Assembly (NCBI GenBank): GCA_963823555.1
Contig: CAWGMA010000002.1
Location: 352,001-416,000, forward strand
DNA length: 64,000 bases
Direction of reading: 5' to 3'
Source of the DNA: Candidatus Eiseniibacteriota bacterium
GTDB lineage: Bacteria > Eisenbacteria > RBG-16-71-46 > CAVPCR01
Position 1 is the stretch's first letter, and each line of letters starts with the position of its first letter. This document shows positions 20,070-29,315 of the stretch, in pieces. The notes beneath the pieces are model-generated. The model saw nothing but the letters and a program-made list of their open reading frames with translations, did no database searches and was not told where the DNA came from. A program made the translations under genes and the position numbers.

Positions 20070-21580
20070 GACTCAGTCTCCTTGTCCTTCAGCTCCTGGA
20101 ATGACAGGAAATGACATCCCCAGGGCGCGAGATCGACGTAGAGCCCATCGCCGCCCATGTCGTTGCCACGTCGATCGAAGGCCGCGTCCGAGAGCTGATC
20201 CTCGAGATGCCAGATGCGGCCGGCTAGCTCGGTCCACGGGACGCGGACCTTTCCTTGAGACTGCTCGCCGGACAGGTTGACGACGATCAAGTAGCGTGTG
20301 GTCCGTCCCGACCAGCACCATGCGACCAGGTTCATGAAGCTCGCGTTGTCCGGCCATCCGGTGCGCTCGCACAGCCGCCATCGGCCGTTGCGGAACGTGT
20401 CGTTCGCGCGCGCGCGCAGGAGCTTGACGTAGAAGGCGCGCAGGTCCTCGTCCACGGGTTCCGGGGGACGCCGCGCGAGAAACACCGGCAGCCTCACCTT
20501 CCTGCCTTCGAGCTGTCCCTCGTGGACGAGCCGCGCGCCCGTCTGGGTGAGGGCGGTGACGGCGGCCGCGCGGGCCTTGGCGGGTGGAAAGGTCGCCGCC
20601 GCCCGCGGTTCGTCATGGTTCTCGATGAACCGGACGAGCCGCTCCTGGTAAGAAAGGTCCGCGCAGAGATGCAGCCGGACCGACTCCGCCGACTCGTGCA
20701 CCAGCCGGTCGTAGAGGCGCTTGTCGTAGCAGTAGTCGAAACCCTGCTGCTGCAGATCCCACTCGAGATCCCAGTAGGCCTCGGCGATGAACTTGAAATC
20801 CGGATGGCGGGACTTGATCATCGGGATCAGCGCGGTCCAGTAGTCGGCTTCGGGGGCGGCGCCGGCGCGGGCGCCCCAGGTGCGCGCGAAGATCCTGTTC
20901 ATGACGAGCATGGCCATGTCGCAGCGCACGGCGTCGCACTGGCCGGCGATGTCATGCAGGGTGGCGGTGACCGCCTGGCGCAGCCCGGGTGCAAAGGCGT
21001 TCAGCTGCAGCACGTCCTGCCAGGCAGGAAAGTAGGGGTCCCGGCCGCACGCGAACACTTCGCCGTCGACCGCCATGAACGACTGCGGGTCACGGGCTTG
21101 ATCCAGGCCGTTGCCGCGGATGAAGTATTCGGGATGCTCGCGCACCCAGGCATGGTCGGGAGCTACATGGTTGGGGACGAGGTCGAGCACGAGGCGGACA
21201 CCGCGCGCGGCGAGGGCGATGCGCGCCGCGGCGAGGCCGTCGCGTCCGCCGAGATAGGCGTCCACTTCATAGCCGCGCACGCAATACGGCGAGCCGACAT
21301 TGTCCGCGGGAGTGAAGTCGGGGAGCGCACGGCGGAAGTCGGCGAGCAGCTCCTCGTTGCGATGGGCGATGGCGATGCCGGCGGGGCTTCGCTCCCAGAC
21401 GCCCATCAGCCACACCGCATCGACGCCGAGGGTTGCGAGATCGTCCCATTCCCGCTCCGGTACCGAGGTGAGCGTCAGCGGGCGACCGATCCGCCTGCTG
21501 AGTTCGTCGAGCCAGACCCGCGTATTGATCTCGTAGATAACGGGGTGCTGCGGCCAGGGCCCCATCGGATCACTTTGCAT
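20066..21580 (-). CDS. Alpha-amylase family glycoside hydrolase (GH13)
   Basis: IYEINT, LDLVPNH, catalytic RCDMA / FIAEAYW / IENHDE. Confidence 0.93.
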   Translation of the reverse strand: MQSDPMGPWPQHPVIYEINTRVWLDELSRRIGRPLTLTSVPEREWDDLATLGVDAVWLMGVWERSPAGIAIAHRNEELLADFRRALPDFTPADNVGSPYCVRGYEVDAYLGGRDGLAAARIALAARGVRLVLDLVPNHVAPDHAWVREHPEYFIRGNGLDQARDPQSFMAVDGEVFACGRDPYFPAWQDVLQLNAFAPGLRQAVTATLHDIAGQCDAVRCDMAMLVMNRIFARTWGARAGAAPEADYWTALIPMIKSRHPDFKFIAEAYWDLEWDLQQQGFDYCYDKRLYDRLVHESAESVRLHLCADLSYQERLVRFIENHDEPRAAATFPPAKARAAAVTALTQTGARLVHEGQLEGRKVRLPVFLARRPPEPVDEDLRAFYVKLLRARANDTFRNGRWRLCERTGWPDNASFMNLVAWCWSGRTTRYLIVVNLSGEQSQGKVRVPWTELAGRIWHLEDQLSDAAFDRRGNDMGGDGLYVDLAPWGCHFLSFQELKDKETES

Positions 21581-22164
21581 GCCGTACGTTCCTCGCTGCG
21601 GGGATCTGTGCGCGCTTGCCCACCTGTAGATTCATGATGTGCCTGTCTTGTGTCTCCTGTCGTACCGCCCGGGTCCAGGTTGGACGATCGCGCATACGGC
21701 ATGCCTGCTGGCGAGAAGGGAGGATCATACGCGCGGTCGGGATCCCCGTTCAATGGGTGAAGAGGCCGTGGGTCGGGCTTCGGTGAGGTGTCGCTTTCCA
21801 AGGTGGCGGCGAGGGTGTGTGGGGTGATCCTCCTCCGCCTCGCTCCGCGGAGTCCGGTTGACGGGGTGAGTTCTGCGAGCTCCGTTTCGCGAAGTGCGGT
21901 TGGCGAAGTGATGGGCCTTCACGTGGCGTTGTGTTCTTCAATACGTGCCCGTACCCGCAGCAATATACGGTTGAGTGCAGAAGGTGCTTGATTGGCGATG
22001 GCGGCATTCGTAATCTGATTGCGAGTTCCTTCCTCGCGACAACACAAGACCCCGGAAGGAGTATCGCGCGGTCACGACCTCGGGCGGGGATCCCGAGGAG
22101 CTGCGCTCGACCTACTACCGCGCGCGGCGGCAGGGGAGGTGCACGACCGGCGAGCGAGCTAACT

Positions 22165-22218
22165 TGTTTCCGCGGAAACATCCGATCCGGGCGCCTCACC
22201 GATGTTCCAGCGGAAACA
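22165..22218. promoter_or_regulatory. Two parS-like 16-bp palindromes
   Basis: TGTTTCCGCGGAAACA (22165-80, perfect) and TGTTCCAGCGGAAACA (22203-18); first is identical to the core at 14382. Confidence 0.6.
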
Positions 22219-22340
22219 ACCCCGCATCGGAGGAAGGACCTTGAGCGCCGCGTCCCGTTCCACCCCATTGTGCCGGACCTGGCGATGTGGAATCATCGCA
22301 GCTCAAGCTGCATCCGGCTCTGATTCGCGCAGGAGAGAGC

Positions 22341-23069
22341 ATGACGCCGAGCAGGACTACCTCCCGCAGAGCCGGAGGGCTCGCCGCCGACATCCGATCC
22401 TTCGTTCTCCGCAGACCGCCCATCCCAACGCTGATCAAGTTCGACACCGAGGAGGCGAGGGAGGACTACAGCCAGCGCATCGCCCAGCGCATCGGCATCG
22501 ACGTCACGCAGTACGCGATCCTGAACGTCCACCGGATCGGCATCGATGCGCCGGTCAGCCTCGTCTTCGAGGAGCTCCAGCGGTGGGATGGTCGGCCCTC
22601 CTACTGGCCGAATCGGATCGTGAGCGTCGAGCGGGCGCAGGGAAGGCGGGGACATCTGCAGTTCTTCCTGCTCGGCAAGAAGGACTCTCTCTTCGGGATC
22701 AGGAACAGGTCTCTCGGGTTCGACTTCATCCCGCTGTTCCTGATGGATGTCGTGGATGTGCGGCATCTGCCGGCCGAATCCAATTTCGACAACGCGCGAT
22801 ACGTCCTGTATGAATGCAGCGGTGGCTATCCGGTGGGGATCTGCGGCATCTACGTCCGCTCACCGATCGCGAATCTCGGTGAAACGGCGCGCGCCCAGAT
22901 GTTCTTTGCCGTCGGGTTCAACTTCTACGGGAAGAAGAACTGGCCCCGAAAGCACCTCGTCAATGGGATATGGGAAGCGATCCACAACCGGGTTACATCC
23001 AATGTGCTCAACCGGTTCAAGATCGAATGCGAAGAGAACTTTCGGAGAATACGGGACGAGTCAGATTGA
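22341..23069 (+). CDS. Hypothetical protein (possible SRPBCC-like fold)
   Basis: AGGAG RBS, coding-like sequence, 'IGIDAPVSLVFEEL' resembles an SRPBCC N-terminus. Confidence 0.6.
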   Translation: MTPSRTTSRRAGGLAADIRSFVLRRPPIPTLIKFDTEEAREDYSQRIAQRIGIDVTQYAILNVHRIGIDAPVSLVFEELQRWDGRPSYWPNRIVSVERAQGRRGHLQFFLLGKKDSLFGIRNRSLGFDFIPLFLMDVVDVRHLPAESNFDNARYVLYECSGGYPVGICGIYVRSPIANLGETARAQMFFAVGFNFYGKKNWPRKHLVNGIWEAIHNRVTSNVLNRFKIECEENFRRIRDESD

Positions 23070-23084
23070 CCCCCATACTCCGGC

Positions 23085-24887
23085 CTATTGCTCGCCGATG
23101 ACCGCCTTGAGGCGGGCGATTCTCGCGTTGACCTCGGGGATGGTGAGATCGTGGAAGCGCTCGGGGAGGAAGCGAGCGTCCGTGCATTCCTTGACGGCGA
23201 GCAGGTCCATGAGCTCGAGCCGCTCGGTGTGCGCCGAGGGGCGGATGTCCGTGATCACCTCGGCGATGACCTGCTCAAGCTCTCGCCGCGGCTCCCCCTC
23301 GGGCTGGGTCTCGTAGACGCGCAGGGCGCGGACGAGGATGCCCTCCATCTCGTTGCCGCCGATCTGGTCGTTGTCGGGAAGGGGGGGCAGGTCCGCGACA
23401 GCGATGGGCATCTTGAGCTTCCTCGCCATGGCGGCGAAGAGCTCCTTGCGGGCCTCGGGTGTTCCCGGCGGAAAGAGCGGGATGTGCACGTCGAGACGGC
23501 CCTGGCGCTTCAGGTCCACCTCGAGGAGATCGGGACGCGAGGTGGCGAAGATCCAGATGATCTTGCCGCGGTTCTGGGTGTCGCTCATCTCCCGCGCCAT
23601 CATGGCGTAGACGCGCCCGGAGAGCCCCGAGTCGCCCTCGCCTCCGCCGCCGCGCCGTCCCATGGCCTGGTCGGCCTCGTCGACGAAGACGATCACCTGG
23701 CCGAGCGCATGCAAGATCGAGAACACCTTTTCCAGGTTGCCCTCGGTGGCCCCGACCCACTTCTCGCGGAAGTTCTTGAGCTCGACACAGGGGATGCCGA
23801 TCTCGCCGGCCAGGCACTCGACGAGGTAGGTCTTGCCGGTTCCGATGCGGCCGGTGATGAGGTATCCCATCGGGATCGCGGCGCTCACGCCCTTCCGGAG
23901 CAGTACCGCGTCCTGGCGGAGCCAGGCCTTGGCCTCCTCGTGCCCGGCCACGTCGTCGAGCGTGCGCCTGGACTCGATGAAGTCGAGCCGCCCGAAGGCC
24001 TCCTTCTCGATCGTCTCCTTCTTGACGCGGGTCAGGTAGGCCCCGGTGAGTCGCTCTCGATCCGCCCGGGCGCGGAGGAGCAGCGTGCGCACGCTCACGC
24101 GCGACAGGCCCACCAGGCGCTCGCCGAGGACCGGAGCGCCGAACTCGCTGAGCACGCTCACATCGCCCAGGTCCCTGGTGAGGAAGGCAATGAAATCGCT
24201 GAGCTCGGCGGCGGTCGGGAGCTCGATCTTGATCTTGGCCGAGTATGGGCTCTCGACCAGCATGCGGTTGAGATCGGCGAGATTCTCGGTCAGGAGCGCT
24301 GTGACGGCGAAGGAGCTCGTGATTGCCGGATCGGAACCCCAGTCGATGAGCTGGATCAACGTCTGGCTCAGATCGGCGAGATACAAGGGGTCGCCCTGGG
24401 GGGCGATGAAGTGCGCGTAGTCGATGACCACCGCAACCCGGAGCGGATCGGCCACCGCCTTTCCGTCCACCACCCGGGTGCGGGCGAGCGCCCCGCGCAG
24501 GAAGCGGTCGATGAGCTCGAGCGCGCGCTTGGGATCGCGCGGCAGGAGACCGGAGAGGTCGAGCATCGCCGCCTTGTCCGGTCCGACCGCGGGCAGCGAG
24601 GACCAGCTCGTGCCCTCGAAGGCGTCGAAGGCCTTCAGGAAGCGCTGGAAAGTCTCGGCCCCCTTGAGGACGCGGATGCCCTTGCCGCGGTCGTAGTACA
24701 CCACGACCTCGAAGGGGTCGAACATGACTTCGGTCAAGAAGCGGCGGAGCGAGAGATAGTCCTCCCCGCCGGGGGCGGGTACGAGGTCGAAGATGTTGCC
24801 GTGGAGAATGAACTGGCTCGTCGTGCCGGCGCGGAAGATGGAGCGCATCTCCTCCGCCCACGGTGCCAGTTCGTGATCGCGTGTCAT
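23085..24887 (-). CDS. AAA+ ATPase (classic clade) with degenerate N-terminal AAA-like domain
   Basis: LDDVAG, Walker A GRIGTGKT, pore loop KWVGATE, Walker B VFVDEAD, SRH ATSRPDLLEVDLKRQGRLD. Confidence 0.92.
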   Translation of the reverse strand: MTRDHELAPWAEEMRSIFRAGTTSQFILHGNIFDLVPAPGGEDYLSLRRFLTEVMFDPFEVVVYYDRGKGIRVLKGAETFQRFLKAFDAFEGTSWSSLPAVGPDKAAMLDLSGLLPRDPKRALELIDRFLRGALARTRVVDGKAVADPLRVAVVIDYAHFIAPQGDPLYLADLSQTLIQLIDWGSDPAITSSFAVTALLTENLADLNRMLVESPYSAKIKIELPTAAELSDFIAFLTRDLGDVSVLSEFGAPVLGERLVGLSRVSVRTLLLRARADRERLTGAYLTRVKKETIEKEAFGRLDFIESRRTLDDVAGHEEAKAWLRQDAVLLRKGVSAAIPMGYLITGRIGTGKTYLVECLAGEIGIPCVELKNFREKWVGATEGNLEKVFSILHALGQVIVFVDEADQAMGRRGGGGEGDSGLSGRVYAMMAREMSDTQNRGKIIWIFATSRPDLLEVDLKRQGRLDVHIPLFPPGTPEARKELFAAMARKLKMPIAVADLPPLPDNDQIGGNEMEGILVRALRVYETQPEGEPRRELEQVIAEVITDIRPSAHTERLELMDLLAVKECTDARFLPERFHDLTIPEVNARIARLKAVIGEQ

Positions 24888-24890
24888 GGA

Positions 24891-25820
24891 CTAGGCCCTT
24901 TCCCGGCCCCGCCTGGGCGGCGGTGGAGGTGGCGATGGTTCCGGCTCGGCCGGGATGCGGGGCTCGCCGAGCCGCGGCAGGAGCGGACCGCCCTCACCCA
25001 GCTCGTCGCCAGCAAGCGTGCCGAAGATCTCCGCGTTCTGCTCCATCCAGCGCGATGTCTCGGCCAGGGTCTGACTCACGGCGTCGAGCCGTGCCGAGAG
25101 CACCTCGGGCCCGCCGGAAACCGCGGTCTCCTCGCGGATCAGGCGCACCTGCCGCTCGATGCGCTGGAGCTCGGCGTCGATCACCTCGAGGCTCGTTCCG
25201 GCCCGCTCGAGATTGGCGAGGCGCTTGGTCTGGATGTCGAGCGTGGCCTCGAGCGAGCGCGCGAGCGGGCTTCCTGCCGGAGCGGAGGCGAGTCGCGCCT
25301 TCAGCCCATCGATGTCCGCCGCGAGCATCTCCGGATCCACCTGCGCCAGGTTGGTGCGGATCACCTGCTGGGAGACGAGGAGGCGGAGGAAGAGCGCGAG
25401 CAAGCTGTTGAGACTGCCTGCGCGCAGGTCCTCGAGCGTGCCCGCCTCGTTCCGTTCGCGGGTGGGCGCGATACCGAGGATGAGCCCGCATTCGTTGAGG
25501 AGCCGGCGGTAGCGGGCGCGCGCCTCGGGGACCAGCTGCTCCAACGTCTCCTGCACGCGCTCGTCGGTGCCGCGCTGACGTCGAGCGAGGAGCTCGCCCT
25601 CGACGACCTTCTGGAAGCGCGGGTTCGCAGACAGCCAGCCGAGGTAGGACAGCTCAGCGGCCGCACCCAGGAGCCAGAAACCGGGATTAACGAGTCCGAG
25701 GACGCCAAAGGCGACGAGCCCCATCTGGTTGAGCGGCATCCGTCCGAGAAGCGGAATCGGATGCGGATGCCGGAAAGCGGCCTTGACGTAATCCCAGTAG
25801 GTCAGGGGCTGGTTCGCCAT
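24891..25820 (-). CDS. Hypothetical protein with N-terminal TM hairpin and long helical/coiled-coil region
   Basis: Hydrophobic hairpin (GLVAFGVLGLVNPGFWLLGAAAELSYLGWL), heptad-rich body, Pro-rich tail; co-oriented and closely spaced in operon. Confidence 0.75.
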   Translation of the reverse strand: MANQPLTYWDYVKAAFRHPHPIPLLGRMPLNQMGLVAFGVLGLVNPGFWLLGAAAELSYLGWLSANPRFQKVVEGELLARRQRGTDERVQETLEQLVPEARARYRRLLNECGLILGIAPTRERNEAGTLEDLRAGSLNSLLALFLRLLVSQQVIRTNLAQVDPEMLAADIDGLKARLASAPAGSPLARSLEATLDIQTKRLANLERAGTSLEVIDAELQRIERQVRLIREETAVSGGPEVLSARLDAVSQTLAETSRWMEQNAEIFGTLAGDELGEGGPLLPRLGEPRIPAEPEPSPPPPPPRRGRERA

Positions 25821-25826
25821 GGCTCG

Positions 25827-26678
25827 TCAGGTGGTGCCCGCCTCCAGGGCCCGGAACGCCGCCGCCACCTCGCCCACCGCCGCCTTGAAGCTCGACGTCT
25901 CCTGCACCAGGAGGGGATCCGAGTCGCGCGTCGGCGGGATGATGTCGGCGAACTCGTTGCCGATGCGGCCCGGAGCCGGGGTGATGATCCAGACCCGATC
26001 GCCCAGGTAGACCGCCTCGGCGATCGAGTGGGTGACGATGAAGACCGTGGCCTCGACCTCGTGCCAGAGCTCCATGATAAGCCGCTGCATCTCGTAGCGG
26101 GTAGGCTCATCGAGCGCCGAGAACGGCTCGTCCATCAAGAGGATCTTGGGCTTGAGCGCCAGCGCCCGGGCGATGGCCACCCGCTGTTGCTGCCCGCCGG
26201 AGAGCTGGTGCGGGTACTTCTTCTCGTGCTCGACGAGTCCCACTCGGTGCAACCAGTCGCGCGCGACATCCACCATGGCCGGCCGGCTGAGGCCGAGCTC
26301 GTGCTGGTTCAGCTCGAGTCCGAAGGTGACGTTCTCGAGGACGGTGCGCTGCGGGAACGAGCTGTACTTCTGGAAGATCATGCCGCGGTCGCGGCCCGGC
26401 CCGGTGACGATCCGCCCGCGCACGCGCACTTCTCCGGTGGTCGGCGGATAGACGTCATCAAAGCCGTGAATGAGATTCAGGATGGTGGACTTGCCGCAGC
26501 CGGAGGGCCCGACGATGGCGATGAACTCGCCGTAGCCTGGCCTGTCATCGACGCGGAAGGTCAGGTCCTTGATCGCGGTGAACGCGCGCGCGGTTCCCGG
26601 GTTGAAGGTCTTCGATACCGCCCGGAACTCGACGACCGGTTCGCTCGCAGCGGCGGGTGCGGCACCGGCGGCGGTCAT
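25827..26678 (-). CDS. ABC transporter ATPase (TauB/SsuB/NrtD family)
   Basis: GPSGCGKST, LSGGQQQR, LLMDEPFSALD, VTH; ATGA overlap with the permease. Confidence 0.95.
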   Translation of the reverse strand: MTAAGAAPAAASEPVVEFRAVSKTFNPGTARAFTAIKDLTFRVDDRPGYGEFIAIVGPSGCGKSTILNLIHGFDDVYPPTTGEVRVRGRIVTGPGRDRGMIFQKYSSFPQRTVLENVTFGLELNQHELGLSRPAMVDVARDWLHRVGLVEHEKKYPHQLSGGQQQRVAIARALALKPKILLMDEPFSALDEPTRYEMQRLIMELWHEVEATVFIVTHSIAEAVYLGDRVWIITPAPGRIGNEFADIIPPTRDSDPLLVQETSSFKAAVGEVAAAFRALEAGTT

Positions 26679-27541
26679 CGCCGCGACTCCTGCCATGGGA
26701 AGAGGCGGCTGCCGATCGCCGCCCACAGCTTGTCGGTGAGGAAGGCGACGCCGACGATGATCAGGAGCACCAGATAGATGTGCTCGCGCGGCCCGCGCCG
26801 CTGCGACGTGATGATGATCCCGCCCAGGCCCTTGCCGATGTCCACCATCTCGGCGAGCAGGATGTAGCTCCAGCCGACGCCGAACCCGAGCCGGAGCGCC
26901 TCGAAGATCCGGGGCCATGCCACCGGGAGCAGGACCTGGCGCACGGCCTGCGCGCGCGAGGCGCCGAGCGTGTAGGCGGTCTTCAAGTAGATGTCGTCCA
27001 CCGAGTCGACGGCGGCGACGATGAGCGGCAAGAGGTAGATGCCGAAGGCCAGCGCGAGAAAGACGACCTTCTGCAGCTCCCCGGTTCCGAACAGGCTCAA
27101 GGTGAGCGGGACCAGGGTGGGAATGGGCAGATAGGCCCCGAACACGGCGAGCGGCAGGAATGCCGACCGCACCTTGGTGAACGAGCCCATGAGGAGCCCG
27201 AGCGGGAACACGATGGCCACCGCGAGGAGAAAGCCCTCGCTCACCCTGAGGAAGGACACGAGGAGATTGCGCATGACGGCGCGATCGAACCACAGCCCGG
27301 GGAACGAGCGGACGACCTCCACCGGGCTCGGCAGGATGGTCGGCGAGATCATGCGGCTCTCGGGTTCGTCGCCGCCGGTGGCGGCGATCCACACCGCGAG
27401 GAGGACCGCCACCGGCATCACACCCAGGATCCAGGCGAGCCAGGGTGGGATGCGCTCGCGAATGCGGAGACCCCACTTGCCGGTGGCGGCAGTTCCCCCG
27501 CCGCTGGTTGCGGCCGCCTCCCGCTCGAGGCGGTCGGTCAC
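26675..27541 (-). CDS. ABC transporter permease (TauC/SsuC family)
   Basis: ILPSPVEV, multiple TM, EAA-like 'TAYTLGAS', 'GWSYILLAEM'. Confidence 0.93.
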   Translation of the reverse strand: MTDRLEREAAATSGGGTAATGKWGLRIRERIPPWLAWILGVMPVAVLLAVWIAATGGDEPESRMISPTILPSPVEVVRSFPGLWFDRAVMRNLLVSFLRVSEGFLLAVAIVFPLGLLMGSFTKVRSAFLPLAVFGAYLPIPTLVPLTLSLFGTGELQKVVFLALAFGIYLLPLIVAAVDSVDDIYLKTAYTLGASRAQAVRQVLLPVAWPRIFEALRLGFGVGWSYILLAEMVDIGKGLGGIIITSQRRGPREHIYLVLLIIVGVAFLTDKLWAAIGSRLFPWQESRR

Positions 27542-29271
27542 TGGGCCTCCGGCGGGTAGACCGCGATCTCCACTCGGCGGTTGAGCGCCTGGTTCAGGGG
27601 ATCATCGGGATCAGCCGGCTCGTCCCAGGCCTTGCCCTCGACCGCGAACTTGTCGGGCTCGAACTTGAACTTCTTGACGAGCGCCTGCTTCACGGCATTG
27701 GCCCGGTCGAGAGAGAGCTGCTGCACATCCTCGTAGCGCACCCCGCGCTCCCGCATCGAGGAGTCCGTATGGCCGAGGATCGCGATCACCGAGCGATCGT
27801 ACTGCCCGACCAGGCGGGCCACCTTCTCGAGCGTGGCGTCGATCGCGGGATCGTAGAGCGTGTTGGCCACCGCATTGCCCAGCTCGTCGTGCTGGGGCTC
27901 GTAGAGATTGGCCGAGTTCGGATAGAAGTTGATGCGGATGGTCTGGGTGACGATCGGCGCCTCGGCGGAGAGCTTCTTGTAGCTCGTCGGGACGAAGGCG
28001 GCGCGACCGGCGTCCGGCTGGTGCTTGAAGGCGCCTTCCTGGTCGAGCTGCTTCAAGACCGAGAAGTCCATCACCTCGTCGAAGCGGGCCGGGGTTCCGA
28101 TCAGCCCGAGCTCCCGGTAGACGAAGTTGATGTTCTTCCAGCTCCGCTCGAAGTTGGTCGGACTGTTGGCGTTGAGGAAGAAGTCCTTGTTCTCGGCGAA
28201 GTTGGTCGAATGGGCGTCCTGGACCATGCCACCGATCTCGTCGACCGGCATGCCGTAACCCTCGGCCATCCACTGGAAGGCCTTTGCCTTGAACGTGCCG
28301 TCGCCCAGTAGGTCCATGCCCTTGAAGATGCCCGCCACCAGGCCCTTCATGATCTCCGGGTGGTCCTTGGCGAAGTCGGCCCGTGCCGCCCACACGTCGG
28401 CGATCAGCTTGTTGGCCTCGGCGGTGGTGGTGAGGATGCGGGTGCCGGGGACCTTGTCCGGGATGTTGTAGATGTCGGGCGCCCACGACACGCAGGCATC
28501 GATCTTCTTGTCAGCGACGAAGGCCGCCGCCGCCTCGAAGGCTGTGGCCGTGTACTTGTGCTTCACGGTGGCGGGCTGGACGCCGGCGGCGAGCAGCAGA
28601 TTGTTGATGAAGTACTGGGAAGGGCTGTTCTGGGCGTAGACCACCGTCTTGCCCTTCAAGTCCCGCACCGATTCGATGCCGCCGCGGACGACGATGCCGT
28701 CGCCGCCGCTCGACCAGTCGATCTGCTGGTAGACGCGCGGCGCGGTGCGCGAATCCTTCATGAGGTCGGGCGCGAACAGCGCGATCATGTCGAGGGTGCC
28801 CCACAGGATGTGGCTCTCGCCGGCGGCGAAGGCGTCGCGCGCCACCACTGGATCGTCGACCAGCTTCAGATTCACCTTGAAGCCGTAGTCCTTGTAGAAG
28901 ACGGATTCGGTGTTGGGGGCGAAGCCGTGATTGGCCGCCACGATCGGCAGCCAGCCGATCCAGACGTTGATCGGGAACTGGACGATCTTCTCGCTGGCAT
29001 CCCACTTGTAATTGGAGACGCCCTTGACCGGCGGCAGCTTCTCGGCCGGCACGTAGGTGTACTCGTTGACCGTCGTGATGCCCTTGGTGTCCGGGGCCTC
29101 GACCTTGCCCGCCTGGTCCTTGTAGGCATCCAGGTCGATTTCCGACTGCCCCTCCTTGCCGGCGGGCAGGAGCGCATCGCGGAAGAAGTAGATGGCGCCG
29201 GCGATCAGGGCCAGGATGAAGAGCACGATCACCAGCCTGCCGAGGCCGGTGGGTCCCACCTTGTCCGCCAT
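27538..29271 (-). CDS. Membrane-anchored NMT1/SsuA-like solute-binding protein fused to an OmpA-like peptidoglycan-binding domain
   Basis: N-terminal TM; WIGWLP, DWSSGGDGIVVR, DLKGKTV, IADV; C-terminal GHTD...LSLDRANAVK...NRRVEI. Confidence 0.9.
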   Translation of the reverse strand: MADKVGPTGLGRLVIVLFILALIAGAIYFFRDALLPAGKEGQSEIDLDAYKDQAGKVEAPDTKGITTVNEYTYVPAEKLPPVKGVSNYKWDASEKIVQFPINVWIGWLPIVAANHGFAPNTESVFYKDYGFKVNLKLVDDPVVARDAFAAGESHILWGTLDMIALFAPDLMKDSRTAPRVYQQIDWSSGGDGIVVRGGIESVRDLKGKTVVYAQNSPSQYFINNLLLAAGVQPATVKHKYTATAFEAAAAFVADKKIDACVSWAPDIYNIPDKVPGTRILTTTAEANKLIADVWAARADFAKDHPEIMKGLVAGIFKGMDLLGDGTFKAKAFQWMAEGYGMPVDEIGGMVQDAHSTNFAENKDFFLNANSPTNFERSWKNINFVYRELGLIGTPARFDEVMDFSVLKQLDQEGAFKHQPDAGRAAFVPTSYKKLSAEAPIVTQTIRINFYPNSANLYEPQHDELGNAVANTLYDPAIDATLEKVARLVGQYDRSVIAILGHTDSSMRERGVRYEDVQQLSLDRANAVKQALVKKFKFEPDKFAVEGKAWDEPADPDDPLNQALNRRVEIAVYPPEAQ

Positions 29272-29315
29272 GTTTCAGTCTCCTTCCAGCGCAGCGTCCC
29301 CCGGAGGATGCCGCG

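Noticed and set aside
23088..26777. 1229-aa plus-strand ORF and other long antisense ORFs (e.g. 39023-41824, 44462-46837, 59951-62458)
   Set aside because: Shadow frames opposite well-supported genes, expected in high-GC DNA; no recognisable motifs
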